Origin: Thermoplasmata archaeon
GTDB lineage: Archaea; Thermoplasmatota; Thermoplasmata; Lutacidiplasmatales; UBA184
Reading direction: 5' to 3'
Assembly (NCBI GenBank): GCA_028864975.1
Contig: JAGWLG010000002.1
Span: 101,600 to 165,599 of the forward strand
DNA length: 64,000 bases
Part shown: piece after piece, positions 63,199-64,000 of the stretch
How positions within the stretch are numbered: the stretch's first letter is position 1
Layout of the letters: every line of letters starts with the position of its first letter
Notes under the pieces: generated by a model
Seen by the model: the letters and a program-made list of their open reading frames with translations, nothing else
Told to the model about the DNA's origin: nothing
The model's database searches: none
Position numbers and translations under genes: made by a program

Positions 63199-64000
63199 GC
63201 CTCGACCTCCCGAAGCGGGTCGTCGTCCTGGGAAGCGGAGCGCTCAAGATCGGCGAGGCCGGGGAGTTCGACTACTCGGGAAGCCAGTGCCTGAAGGCGC
63301 TGGAGGAGGAGGGCGTGTACGCGGTCGTGGTCAATCCGAACATCGCGACCCTACAAACGGACCCTCCTCGGGTGGGAAGGACGTACTTCCAGCCCGTCAC
63401 GCCGGAGTTCGTCGAACCCATCCTGGAGAGCGAAGGGGCGGACGCGATCCTCCTCTCCTTCGGCGGCCAGACCGCGCTCAACTGCGGGGTGGCGCTCCAT
63501 CAACGTGGGGTCCTTCGTCGTCTTGGCGTGAAGGTCCTCGGAACCCCTGTCCGGGGGATCGAAGAGACCGAGGACCGTGCGCTCTTCCTCAAGCTGATGG
63601 AGAAGGCCAGCGTCCCGGTGCTGAAGAGCCACCCGGTCTACTCTGTCGAGGAGGCCCTCACGAGGGCCAAGCAGATCGGCTACCCGGTCATCGTTCGGGT
63701 CGCCTTCACCCTCGGCGGGAAGGGGGGTGGCGTGGCGCGCGACGCGCAGGAGCTTCGCGAGGTCGCCTCCCGGGGTCTGCGGGCGAGCCCCGTGTCCCAG
63801 GTCCTCCTGGAGCGTTACGTCGGGTCGTTCAAGCAGATCGAGTACGAGGTGGTGCGCGACCGCCTCGGGAACTCGCTCACGGTCTGCAACATGGAGAACG
63901 TCCTCGGGATGCGAGTGCACACCGGCGACAACATCGTCGTCGCTCCCTCCCAGACCTTGACCGACTCGGAGTACCAGCTCCTTCGCGCAGCGGCCATCCG
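63195..64000 (+). CDS. carB: Carbamoyl-phosphate synthase large subunit, N-terminal part (3' end off-window)
   Basis: ATG 63195 overlaps the carA stop (ATGA). The translation [56 protein letters not shown] is the canonical CarB N-terminus. The frame is open to the window end. Confidence 0.9.
   Translation, partial: [268 protein letters not shown]

Noticed and set aside
1-64000. Scan for CRISPR arrays, rRNA genes, IS elements or transposases, integrases and long tandem repeats
   Set aside because: None were found by eye. The intergenic gaps are short (at most ~480 nt) and contain no spaced direct repeats. A computational repeat search would be needed to be certain.

Overview
Visibly GC-rich, densely coding archaeal chromosomal segment. 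Archaeal signature genes are RadA, the PolD large subunit, RNase P Pop5, PurP and FtsZ. The lineage cannot be fixed from this window; a Thermoplasmatota-like euryarchaeon is only a guess. I call 50 protein-coding genes, two of them truncated by the window edges, plus one tRNA that is not in the ORF track. Functional content:
- Nucleotide and cofactor biosynthesis: purC, purH, purP, carA/carB, nadC/nadA, gcvT.
- DNA replication and repair: radA carrying a 513-aa LAGLIDADG intein, polD large subunit, PolX, MutY, and a TIGR02757/DUF2400-like HhH protein.
- Cell division: ftsZ.
- Peptidases of families M1, M3 and S9.
- A three-subunit molybdenum hydroxylase.
- Transporters, and two AAA_16/TPR STAND-like ATPases.
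I found no rRNA, CRISPR array, transposase or integrase. Most long ORFs in the track are antisense or out-of-frame artefacts of the high GC content; they are Arg/Pro/Gly-rich. The most unusual items are:
1. A tRNA-Arg(UCG) whose T-loop is interrupted by a ~35-nt intron-like insert.
2. Next to that tRNA, a same-strand cluster of a wHTH protein, two unassignable small proteins and a wHTH-fused orphan amino-methyltransferase.
3. An operon of three tandem AIM24/TIGR00266 paralogs with an unlisted 59-aa zinc-ribbon ORF, followed by a solitary histidine ammonia-lyase.
4. A carA whose conserved N-terminus has no canonical start codon.
5. An arrestin-fold protein ending in PPPPY.
6. A perfect 16-bp-stem hairpin in a divergent intergenic region.
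All family assignments come from motif recognition by eye. No database search was run.
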